Source: Balanoglossus misakiensis
Lineage: Eukaryota > Animalia > Hemichordata
Assembly (NCBI GenBank): GCA_040954595.2
Contig: CM082581.2
Location: forward strand, 10,043,099 to 10,107,098
Reading direction: 5' to 3'
DNA length: 64,000 bases
The notes under the pieces are model-generated. The model saw only the letters and a list, made by a program, of their open reading frames with translations, searched no databases and had not been told where the DNA came from. A program made the position numbers and the translations under genes. This document shows, piece after piece, positions 26,613-39,360 of the stretch. Position 1 is the stretch's first letter; each line of letters starts with the position of its first letter.

Positions 26613-29600
26613 CATATATGCATGCGCGTGTGCATATCTCCACATCTGCAAAGACTTGACTGAAACATTTCCCCGTCAATTTCACAGGAAAGATTTCTAG
26701 CCGAAAAAATGGAGAAAACAAGCGAGGAAAAAGCCTGGGAATTCTTCGGTATACCAAGTAAGTTGAATACATCTGCTATTCTGTGCATCTCTCTCCCTCC
26801 CTCTGCATTAAAACAGATACAAGTATACAGCGGACAACTGTACAAAAATTAAGCGACAGTGACGTGTAGAAGAGCGGCAACAATTTACCTCTTCAGGTAC
26901 ACAGTCATCCTGTAACTGCGGTGAAACTTCAGAAGTATGAGCGTTATTGCTTGAGACAATCGCAGAGACAGAACGGGAAAAGTGTGTCTGTGATAGAAAG
27001 GTTAAGAGAACTTGTCAACTAACATAAATCAGATAGCTTTAATTTCATAGGTTGTGAAGTCGCCACCGTCTCCCTTTCTCATACACTTGCCGCACTTTTA
27101 TATCTGTTCGTTCATCTTAAAGGCTGTCTTGAATACTGACCCCTTTTACCAGTTTCTTCACGGTTTTAAAACGATCCCTTTGATCTATTATTGACCACTA
27201 CACTACATCCAAAAATATCTCAGCACTTGTATTATTCGCCGCTTTGTGAAGGCACATATCTTTTCTATTAAACATTATCTAATCGTGCCGTATGACAATA
27301 TATGATCGTGCAAACATCTGGCCTGTTACGGTCCTACCTGACTACTGTTGTCAACGCGAGACACAAAATATTAACCTCTCTATCTGCAGCTTCGAGAAGA
27401 CACCTCTATAGAGCAACAACTTCTCCCGCCTGCTAATGGCGCTCAGTTGAAGATTTTTGTTGCAGACCAAATCCAAATTTTAATCCAGCGCTATTAAACA
27501 TAATGACAGACTGTGGCCCCCAATTACATCTAGCCGCGGGTATTACTTGTAGAAATTCATTATAGATTATTTATCTCTGTAGCGCCACGCAATTAAGAAT
27601 ATGTGTTCACCCTCAGCCACACAAAATAGAAATGTATTGCCTGGAACAAAAAATTTACGATGACTAGTTGTTGAATCTGTGGCTTGCTTGTTGTCATAGC
27701 AATGCCACGATTCCCGCTGTAGTTATTTTACCCTAGCGGTAGTTTTTCAAGTACGGAAAGGACAAATTTCTATGATCGTTCCTTTCAGTGAACAGAACGA
27801 GGACACTTCAAGCTGTCTGACTTTTCACTACTTCGTTTCTTTTCTCTCCACCCTCCTTCCTTTCTTCCTTACTCGTCTGCCTGTCTCTTTATCTCTCTGT
27901 CTCTCTCTCTCTTTACAAAACTTTCATGAAAGTTTTAAAATATCTTACACGATACAGGACTACAAAATACATGCGACAGAGAAAAACGTTATAGACAATG
28001 ACGCTATTGACTTCGCCAAAATTTCAGAATCAGGCGCAGAAATACCCAACACTGTTATAAATGTGTGAAATGACCGTGATATATTTGACCGAGGCTACCA
28101 GATTCAGGTTCGTCCCCCAAAGATGCCAAGGACAGATGAATGTGCAGACATAAGGAAATATATAAGGAAGCGGATACAGAATTTAGCCTTTATGAAACTG
28201 ATCCATATTTCCTGCCTGTAATAAGCGTCCGCTAGTCACCGTAGACATTATCTTCTCTTTGAAAGCGTATTCTTTTTGTTGTCATAGATACCATCAAAGG
28301 TTACTTGTAACACAAAGCCTTTATAGCAGGGTTATTTTTTACAAAATTCTTTATAATCAAGTTTTGGAAGTTAGAATAAACGCAGACAAAGGCAATGTTA
28401 AACATCAGTGGTTGTGTGAAAGAAACCGCGGAGAAACGAACTGTGAATATTCTTTGCATTGAATTATTGTTCTCGTACACCTCAAAGGGCTCTTGGCAAG
28501 TAAGGAGTTAACGGCTATTTTCTGTGCCATTGGGCTGAAAAGTCAAAGCGTCCGCAACTAACGTCTTTAATTTGCCGGTCAAATCCTGCTTATATCTAAG
28601 AATCGTATGTAACATTGCTGTGGATTGCTCAGACAGGTTTTTGGTCGATCCGAAGCTTGATCGAGACGTTTGCAGTGCATCACGGTCGTTACTTTTGTTA
28701 ATATAAACTCCCCGAAATTGTGAATGAAATTTTAACAGTCAGAATGCATTGTGTTGCCAGAGCAACTGCGACGCGAAACATTTCAGTTCTCCTTCTCTTC
28801 TGTTTAATAACGCGCGAAACGTTTTACACGTTGAAACATTCATTTTTAAATTCACGCAGGAGTCGTCCCTTCGGCTGAAATCCACCGATAATTGGCTTAA
28901 TTTTCAACGGTTCCCTCGGGCAAACACGGCTGTCACGCTTGCTCCGCGCCCGTTGCCGCGCTTAACTTGTGACGGGAATGGAAAGCGTATCTCGACAACG
29001 GTATGCGTCGTCGGCTTTGAATCGTTACTTACAAAATGAGCGATGTGAAACTACAATATATTGAAAATATTTTGCGGTGAAACTGCAGTCTATAATTATT
29101 CCAACATATCTCCCTAGTGGCACAGTATGGCAATTGGTCGCTCCTCCACCAATTCTCACAACCCTAAACGGGTTTTTGCTACTTAGGTGAGTGAGAAAAA
29201 TCTAATATGGCCGGCACTATTTCAAATTAAAATTATCAATATCCATACTATACACTTCCCTTTTATTTGAAACCAACTGAGATTTCAGACACGTCACAAA
29301 ACTGATAAATTTTGGAATCGCCAAGACATTTGTAGTTAAAGCAACCTTGAAATTCTACGTAGGCGTATACATGAAATTACACGCAAAAAAATCGGAAACA
29401 CCACTAATGATACCATAATGTTTGACCACCGGGGTATATCACAACTAATCAGCCCTTGCTTTTGTAATCCAAGGGCGTGAACAACACGGTTGTTGAAACT
29501 TTATAAAGGCATCATTTATATGCGCGTGGTGATCGTTCTCATTGGATTATCACTAGAAATCCCGCCATGTACTCAGCAGTTAAGAGACCTTTCTGTGATC

Positions 29601-32505
29601 CGGAAGTTCGAACAGGGAATTAGGGGTATAATGTACACCTTTCAGCTGTGGCCTTCACGCGCTTAATCTCTCAGGCGTTGAATTGCATATTGATGCGTCC
29701 TAAACCGATATGGATAGCCATAATAGTTGAGGAAGTGACGCTTTGATAACAGACGTCCTATTAATCGACCTAATCGTACCCGTTATACTCTTTATTTCGG
29801 AAAGTTTTTCGGTATAAAAAAAATCTGGGTAACATGGTTATAACTACGTGCACATATGTGGCACTAAAAGGTCTCAACGGATATGTGGATAGGGGAAGAG
29901 TGTATCTGCGCTTGTGTCTTGGTGGTTTGGTCACAGTCCCTCAAGAAAGACGTGCATTGATGTGCGTACCATTGAGATGGGAAATAATAGCGGACCCGGG
30001 GTGTCGTTAAGACCACCGCTGCATCATGACAGCATAGGCAGAGTGCCATTGGGGGAAAAGGCAGCAGAATATGCGATCTTCCCTTATTATCGTGATTTGT
30101 ATTATTATGACTAAGCCAAACTCCGGGGGATGCAAACCACGGCCTGGAACTATTCATAACTCTATCGGTCGCCCTATGCTAAAACAAAACAACAACAATA
30201 CAGCCTTGAACCTAACTTGTTGTTTGTGATAAAAATCTCTCCTTGATTATAACAAGTGGTGAAGGGTGGTCGGCCAAACTACATGTAAAAGTGAAATGGT
30301 AAACCCTGGTTAGCAAAAGTCATAGTTGTCGCAAGAATGCTCTATTTGGAAACAAAGACAGTTGCGCATTACGGTAAAAAAAAACACGGTGGATTTGACC
30401 TGTTGTTTAATGCCCCTGTCACTGTAAAGGCAAATCTACTGAACAACTGAGACAAACGGAAACTTAAATTCTGCTACATAAAAGCGGTCGTTCTCCTGAC
30501 CGCCACATTAAGCGTTGACTTTAATTGCACATGATAGGCAATGCAATACACCGGCGTGTAGTTAACCGTGGCACGGAGTTGTTAAACACTCCACTGACAC
30601 TATACTGTCTCCTTAACGTGTTTGACCTAACAAAGATGACCGCACAACAGAAAATAATTTAACCGTGGCTCGATTAAGAACCGACAAAGAACAAGAGTAG
30701 TCGTGCAACCGACCAGTGGGCGCCTTCAATTTAAAACAACCACGCAGTCCCCTTAAAGAATAATTACTTTTCGTTCTGTAGTCTTCCTACCTGCGGCCCT
30801 CAGACGGTGACGCGTCAACAGACTCCAAACCTTCATTAGGATTTTAATATTAAAATTGAAAATCACGCCACTTTTCAATGATGAGAACAATTGTCACAAC
30901 GTCCCCTATCGATCATGGTCCAGACTTTTGCCCCAAAAGTTAGGAAAGTCATTAACTAACACTGAAACACTAAGATTGTACCACTGTTATGAAATGATTA
31001 GTTGAAATTTGATTTAGTGTAGACATCGGTGCCAAGACAGATGTTTTTATTATATTATATGTATGATCGATATGGAAAAGGTGTGCTTGAGGCCATTTTT
31101 GGAAGCAACACTTGTTCGTATATATCTCGGAAGGTTCTTTCTGGGGAAACTTGTTTTACGAAAAAGAGTTAACCCCCCCCCCCCAAAAAAAAAAAAAAAA
31201 AAAGAAATGTCAAACCGACCTAATCGTTGACATCGTCTGCAACTTTGAAGGACAGCGCACGACAAACAACGAATTGCGTTTCACCATTCTCTGAAATATG
31301 GCGCCATTCGAACGAGGCTTGCATCGATTTTTTATAGCGTAGATGGTCGCTTCACTATCTTGTCATACATGTGTTCCAGAGAGAATGTAATAGCGCGCCT
31401 GGCTACCGACTACAACTTGAGGCCATTAAGGCGGGAAACACAATCAAGACGCGGATACGCTTTTCAGACACAGCGGGAACCGTTGTTTGTAACATAATTT
31501 ATAGAATTGATTTCTATTTCATTTTTCCGAATATGTACTCAAGAAAGAATGGACCTATTTTTTTCATGTTAGCCCCGTTGACATCAAGCAGTGCAGGTGA
31601 ATGCACCTGAATATGTGAACAACAAATTAAAATACATCATTCTGTAGTATTGAAAATAATGGCATTCATTATTTTCTGACATAAGCAATATCACCCGTTG
31701 ATTGCCAAAGTTAAATATCGTGTATTTATGTTCTCATGGTCGATTTTTGACCTTACAAATAAACACGCATGGTCTGAAATGGGGACAAGTCTAATGACGT
31801 TTTCTGCTAAGTTTGAATTACAGTTGCCCGACTAAATCCACTTTACGAAGATCGGAAGTTCCACACTTGTACTGATTTTAGTTGAGCTAGGGCGTACGAT
31901 TGTGTGGTTGCAGAAAACCGAACAGAAAGGGGGACAGGGACGAGCGGACTCCTTAAGCTGTCGTCAACAAGACCATCTGATTGCACGCAGCACTCGTAGA
32001 TTAGATGAATACTACATCATTTTCAAAAAAATGTCTATTACTTTGTTCGAAAAATGAACTCTCAAGCGTTTATAACTAGGTATAGACTTCACAAGTGCAG
32101 TGCATGCAATATCTGGATATTGCACTGCGCCGGTGCACGAGTATTCCCATGTTGCATTGCACCTGGTGCACAGACTTGGGTCGGCCATCTTTGTCTGTAA
32201 TCTCTGCGCTGGGCTCGACCTTTGGTTGGGGTTTCATTTCTACCTCGCACGCGGTTTCGCCTGAAAGTTCCATTTTTTTATCGACGAACCAGAACTTCCT
32301 TTAAATACCTTACTGACGGACAATCGAAAATTCCTACTCAATAGAATAACTCTAAGTTTAGAATGTTTCGTGAAAAAAGGACAGAAAACTGTTGTATGTA
32401 CTTACAGTAGAAGATGTGCGTCATGTGGGCTGCAAGTCCGGAGAAAAGGCACCCCCGACTTTCGTCAAGTCACTAACTGTCCGACGGTTCATGTCCGTTA
32501 TCTTC

Positions 32506-32555
32506 AACGAGGCTACCACAATCTTGAAAAACGAGGCTACCACAATCTTGAAAAA
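32506..32555. repeat. Perfect 24-bp tandem duplication
   Basis: AACGAGGCTACCACAATCTTGAAA x2. Confidence 0.9.
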
Positions 32556-34604
32556 TCCCGTCCATATCGTCACAGCCATGACCTTCACGTTCGCTTGGTT
32601 GTCGGAAATTGCTCCAGGTCGCTGTTGTCCCCACTTTCAGCCATGATGTTTGCACGTCAAAGATTGAGTATCGAATGATGGAAGTGGCACCTCACTGACC
32701 ATCTGACCAATGAACTGACTGACGACTATCCAATCGCATTGTGTCATTCACCAGGTGCATTATGTGAAACTTGTGATTGGATGATGTGATTGAGAGGTTG
32801 TTTAGCATACAAAGATCACAGATGTTGTGTATACGTGTTGTGCAATCGTTCAGATATTGCACATTATTTAATTACGTACATGCTCTCTGAAAGTACACGT
32901 TTAGGCATCGTGGCGTGTCAACAAATAATTAATACCGTCGAACAAAGCAAAGTTTGAGAGATCTCAATTTTGGCAAGTAGAAACAGGTTGAAGTAAAACA
33001 AAACCTGTTTTTGCGACGGCGTTTTAAGTAGACATTGTACAGACAACAGAAGCCGTATATAACTTCAATTCGTCATTTTAGAAAAACTGGACTAATGGCA
33101 ATCACACCCACCCCTGCTGTCGTTCAATGCTGGCCAGATATAAATTAATCCAAATTGACCGAAGACGCCGGAAGACAATGATCAAAGTCCTAGAAGAAAA
33201 GACCCTCTAGGAAGGTGAAAAAACGCCCAACACTCTTTAAAACGACGACATATTGACTAACACCTTTAGATATTTTTTTCAGGTGCGTCATACAGGCGCC
33301 ATGTAAGAATATGGACAAGTCATAGCTTTATGTTATATGTATAAATATTAAATTATTATTTATGTGTTTCTTACATTTAATATAGTCTTATGACGATTTG
33401 CCTCAGTGCAGTGTAGTTATCCAGACTAACCTATGATATAGATCACATTCAAAAATATCAATATTTCATTGGCTGGCTGTAAGTGTCTTAAGTGAAGACG
33501 TTTCATATCGACATACACGAATCAGCAAAGTCACCAACTAAGTATACACATTGAGCACCGGAGACTCACGTCAATAACGAGCGATCAAAATTGCCCTGGC
33601 ATATTTTTTTATATTGACAGTATCAAAGTACTTAGACATATGTAAGGGGCAAATCGTGCTGAAACATGAAATAAGAGAAGATTTCACGGAAAGAAGTCGT
33701 ACATCTGTAGTCCTTCCGCTTCACTTCAATGGCCAGAAGCATTTCTTTTAAAACAACGTTTCCAAAGAATCAAGAATCGTTATGTACAGCGGAGATACGC
33801 TTCACGAAGTATCACATATGTAAGCTCGAAGCAGATGTAAGGGAGTTTTCATTTATTATGAGATGGGGGTGAATTGGTATCGGTCATTCATGTTAAACGT
33901 GACCCCCCTGATTCCTCCGGCCCACCCCTCTCGATAAATGAAAGTTCCCTAACTTTTCAATGTTCTCTCAAACTACCACTGAAGCTGTACCCTTAAATTT
34001 AACGCCAACAGTACATTTAAACCTCACTTAAAATCAATCTGCTATACTCACAATGTCGAAACATCATGGCTTGATTATCGAAGACGATGTCCTTTTGACA
34101 CAAATACGTAACCACCGTTAGCGTCTTTCGATTATATATTCTGAAAATGGCCAGCAATTCAGGATTCGAACATTTTCACATCCTGTTGCATTCGAACCGA
34201 TAAACTTGTTATGATCAATATGAGTCAAAGTTTTCAAAAACAGGGTTCCGCTTACTGGATAAGTAAACCCACTTCTCAAATCTTAAATAATTCACACTAA
34301 TATTAATTATGGAAGTTTAAGGACCAGCTGATATGATGCATGTACTGGTAAATGACCTTCAGTATCGATTTATTTGTCAGATCCAAATATGTAGCAGGTG
34401 TGTTTTCCAGATATTATCCCTTTGTCAGAGATGGAGATTAGCAATTATTTGATACGATCCCTCCAGTTAGCTATTAGTACAATCTCATTTCCGTAAGCCT
34501 ATAGCTAAAATATAGAAAGTGTGAACAACGCTCCTGCGGGATGAATTAGAGAATTAGAGAAGTGAGGGGTTTGTTCTGTCTGATAATTTGTCTATTTTTT
34601 ACAG

Positions 34605-37600
34605 TTTGCGCAGAATTTCAGAGACAAGCAATAACCATTAGATCTGCACACGATGTTTTCGACAAATTTGAAGTTAAGGGTTGCCATGTCAACAGATGTG
34701 AAACTTCTGAATGATCTCCGTGCGATCGTATCTCTCCGAAATCAATATGCGTGGCGTATACATATTAGTAATTAAATTGCACTAAGCGTCTCGCCAGACT
34801 AAAATAACGCTATGGATCGGAAACTTTCATCGGTGTAAAGCGTCGATGTGGACACAGTCGTAGCCGGTAGACCTATTTCAAAGTTTGACATTTTGAGATA
34901 AGCATTTCTATTAAAGTGCAGGTGGCATCAATAGTTTCTCCGTAATCGGCCATGATCGACTTTTATCTGACTTCAAAATGACTGTCATATTGAAGCAATT
35001 TTCTTCAAGTAATTTCTTTGATCGAAAATGATCCCGGAAAGATCAAATAACAGACGGAGTGATCAATATCTACTAGTATACGGATTGAAGCGTTTCATTA
35101 TCAGTAAGTACACACGCCTTCGGTACATGGCTGTTGCTTAAAAAGATCAATTTAATTGACAAAAAATGGGGGACTTCCACGCTTTTGTATAACATGCATA
35201 GCATTTTTTGTCACCACTTCTCAGGTTTGCATTTTAACTAAGGTTCGACTTTTCAACGTACCGTGTACATGTACTTCAAAAAATCATTAGACAGAATGAC
35301 ATGGCTTTATACGATCGTCTTCTCCATTATACGGTTGCAGTGCCTTCTAGTTCTATATTCAAAATGTTCATAATGATCTTCGCCTCCTTGAACACAGGCA
35401 CTTGAATGTTAAGAACACCAATAGTCACGATGCGCTTGACGGTTCGATGCCTGCATCTGTAGCAAGTAATTCGATGCAGGCACGGTTGGCCATTCCGCTC
35501 AGATAAACAGCTAGTTTCACTTGTGCCAAGGACCCGTGCAGCGGGCGTGAATCAAAGGCTGGTGAATTTGAAGGGCAATTGAGCTTACTTTAACAGAAGT
35601 TCGAGTAAAGTGGCGTTGAATTCATCTTCAGTTTACTATCAAGCATTGGGGCACAATTATTTTAGTGGTAGTGGTTACACGGTCAAAAAGCTGGCAGAGG
35701 AAAGATTATAGAATCTTAACATCCATCATGGATATTTTGTAAATTGATGTCATTTTTTTTCTGTCTAGAATGTCCTGCTGGCGAGGGTTGGCAGTGTTTT
35801 CCCGGAAGATCAGACGCACCTTGCTTCAACGGAATAAAAGATGTCTGCAATGGCGTCGTAGACTGCAAATGCGAGGGGACGTCACTCGAGCCGGAGACGT
35901 GTATATCGGTGAACGATGAAAGTTCCCAGGCCTGTCAGATGAAGGAAGAGGTGGAATGGATAATGGACAACGGTGGGTGATGTGTGAAGGCTACTCAACA
36001 CCTTATTCTGTTCTTATTCCGCATTCTTTGCTCCGTCACACTTGTCTAATGGGGCAATAATTCCCAGCAATACACACTTAAGAACGACTGAGTGAGGTTA
36101 TTGCGGTAGTTGCAGGCTGACTTCGAAGTGACTTGACGACAAGCTAACTCGATACCTCGAGACGCTTTCAACACTACGGGGAAGAGTAAACGATAAAGTA
36201 GTACGACTATTCACCCCACTCCGAAGAATTCCATAATTGTCGCTACGTTTTCCTTCTTTCGATCTAAAAGACCCGCAAACACATAATTTGTGTTGTGTGA
36301 CCTATTGACAATGTCTTCCGAAGTGCAAGAGATATTGCGTTGGAATAACAAGTAACATAATTTTAAACACTACTAAATCGATAAACAAAACAATATCTTA
36401 CACATCAATGCACATGCAATATGTCTACCCTACGTATGCATTGTTTATGACTGCAATTCTGCAGGGTATATGATCAGTCAATTGTGGAAAATTATTCGTC
36501 AATTATTCAGGGAAGGGTAAAATTTTCACATTTTATGTAAAGCCAGACAAACATAATATTAATAATTCAGCCCCCCCCCCCCCCGGCAAGAAAAGATAGC
36601 CCCTTATTTGAAAAGGTCACCGGCTGGTAAAAGCACATCAAGTCTCACTTGCAGCACAAGAGTCGATATTTTCAAAAAATCAATTTCACTTTTCCTTTTG
36701 ACGGTAGAAAGTTACCCACAGTCGTGTTAATTGTGGGCAATCCAAGGCTGTTTTCCCAAACAATTTATCTAGAATTCAGACTTTCATAACGTAATTGCTT
36801 ATTTATCATGTTCTTCCGTTTGACGTCACTTGCAGGTGTACCCAAGTTCGGTTACGGCGAACACGACTCAGAAATATTCACAATGCTTTGGTTATTGGGT
36901 CTTCGTAGCTGTAAGTATATTTCAGAGCTCAATCAAACCCTGGTTTGTGTTTTTTTTTCTCGTGAATTTAACAGATATTTCCACATGGCTTGCTTTCTGA
37001 TTTTAGTTTCTCTGCTTGTGCTGTTACGAGCAACATATATACAGTAGCTGGTAGTATGCAAATGAAGCCAGATTTCACAGAGTGGTTTAACAGGGATGTG
37101 TCACACTACACTGGGCACATAAACGGGATAACTGTGGTCCAAATCGCGTTCAAAGAAGAAGACATTAAAAACGAGATTTCTTCATGTATTTTCATGAATA
37201 TTTGTTTCCAAACACCGCCAAGACATCGACAGCAACCAAATGCTGTTACAGTATATATAAAGTAAAATTTCAGAGTTGACATTGTTCACCTCAGCTATTT
37301 CACATAAACATTTAGGTGAGCCCCTTTAAGCCATTTGTTTGAATAATTTAGCAAGCAGAATTACATATATGTTGCTCTTAGTAAAACTAGCTCTCAATTG
37401 TTACCTCTTTTCAATTTTTGATAGTTACACTTTAATACGTGGGCGTTACACCCGGCACTTCAACAAAAGCTATAGGCCTACAAGTTGTATAGCGAAGAGT
37501 CGATCCCAACTATATACACAGCACTCTGAGATTCTGACGGCAAAACATGGCTCGGGGGCACGGTGTGCATTATGATCGGGCGGTTGAGTTGTGGTGATAC

Positions 37601-38416
37601 AGCGTGACTGCGCGAAACGCCTGGTCTTACCCATAATAAGTCTCCTTCCCGGAATTCTGAATTGCGCCTATCAAGGTTTCCGATATTTCTCCCGGCGAGT
37701 CTTTTTTGTGTGGAATGTGGCAACTGTTGGGGAGAACTTTACATCCAGTTGCCCGTCAAGCTGAGTTTTTTCTGTTTATATGTCAAAGCGAATCAGTGTT
37801 TTCGTAGATATTGATATCGCCCCCAGGGATTTTTTTACAGAGTCTACCTTCCACGGGAAACAGATAATTGACGTCTGTTATTATGCATCATTTTAACTTC
37901 CTTTTGCACCACAAAGACGTGGATTCTCCCGTTATTTATGCTACCTGAATGTAAAAGCGAAAATATCTAAAGAGACTTATTGGTACTTAAAGAATGCGTC
38001 TTCTTCCCACACACACAGACTGTCCGGCGAACAAGTCCACCTCGATGACCAGCCTCTCCTGTCCAGGCGACCCGAACACGTGCATCAGCGTGGATCAATT
38101 CTGTGACGGTGTTGAACATTGTGACAGTCTCTGCTATCAGTTGTACGGTTTCCATTTCTGTGGCACTAATGATTACTTCGGCGGTTGTATGATTAACGAA
38201 ACTGTAAAATCAATTGGGCAAGGTGAGCGGAACATTCAAGTTCTTTTAAACTACATTTAAGCCGAGCGTCTTTCGAAGTCAATTTGTGTAGAAACATCAT
38301 CGCGTTGTTCGCTCTACCCAAATGTGTATTTCATTAAAACTTATATCCCCCTTTTTATTGCAGGCATTGAACGTAAACGCCGAGACGTTGGACTCCTTGA
38401 CACAACGATGGAGTAA
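34605..38416 (+). CDS. Paralogous protein with two atypical 8-Cys LDLa-like modules, gene B (5' end unresolved)
   Basis: Exons about 34605/34622-34679 (...RSAHDVFDKFEVK, weak donor), 35769-35972 (CPAGEGWQC...VCNGVVDCKC...C..NDESSQAC), 36836-36910 (GVPKFGYGEHDSEIFTMLWLLGLRS), 38019-38222 (CPANK...CPGDPNTCISVDQFCDGVEHC...) and 38364-38416 (GIERKRRDVGLLDTTME*). Exon order and phase-1 introns match gene A, and the linker exon is the same 75 nt. Confidence 0.75.
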
Positions 38417-39029
38417 TTGAACGAGAATTATGAGCTTATACGCGTACTTAGTAAAACGAAAGCTTTGATGCCAGACAATACGTCGAACTTTTCTGTTTTA
38501 AATTACCGTCGTAATAGATAAAAACAACGGTATTCTTTATGTAAGCTATCCTACCGACGTTTCGATTGTTTATTTTCAAATTTTGAATTCTAACAATTCT
38601 TTACTGATGTGCGAATGCTGACTACAGAAGGGCTGTATGGGGATTACGTAGACCACTATTGGAAATTCGTTATCATTATTGTAAATTGGAATATTTTTAT
38701 AAATATAATTCTTCAATTTAGCTGTGTCAGCAGGATGTTTAGTCAGATACATGGACTGATGGAATATACGCGTCTCAAATGTTTCTGGGGCATCCAATAA
38801 TGAGCTCTGACGTCACACACGGTGCGTGTAATTTTAGCTGTCGTTTGGGACATGCGTAGCTTGTTTACATTTTGTTAGTTTCCGCGTTACGCCAGTTGGC
38901 ACTTCGATCGACATCAAGCTGAACACACGCAAAGACAAGATACCCGTGTATGTTAATTTATATTCAGGGGCAGGTCTTGCAGATTTAATGGCCTCAAAAT
39001 TACTGCGCTGTCTTTGCTCATCGGGTCCG

Positions 39030-39360
39030 TCCCACGCGTTTTGAAGACGAGACCCACGTGATCAACGAGACACAATGGCACCAACGACGCCTGATCTAAA
39101 TTTGATGGCATCAAACCGACTACCTTGATGGGCAGAAACAAATAAAATCACGAAAGATGAACAACGGAGATATCCCCGAAAATGACACGGGAATTAGTTT
39201 GTCAACTACAATCACAGCATTTCCGTCTCGTCTACAGTGTTCGAAACTACCATTAGATATGACAATGCAGAATCCAGACGGCTTACTTTTCAGGAATGTT
39301 TTCAAAGAAGCATTCGGTTTACCGATGTCCTTACGTCTTGGATTGCTTCACGGTTAACAT
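39030..39360 (+). mobile_element. Possible highly decayed non-LTR reverse transcriptase fragment
   Basis: Frame-broken motifs RFEDETHV (~KFxDDT), WAETNK (~W...N.M) and SKLPLDMTMQN (~KLLGVT) occur in the expected order; the match is weak. Confidence 0.25.

Noticed and set aside
29871-30114. GC-richer stretch as second exon of the orphan signal-peptide gene
   Set aside because: Weak acceptors and no convincing product in any frame.
35448-35515. 10-bp hairpin followed by CTAG as a Helitron 3' end
   Set aside because: The hairpin-to-CTAG distance is too long and no 5' end is identifiable.
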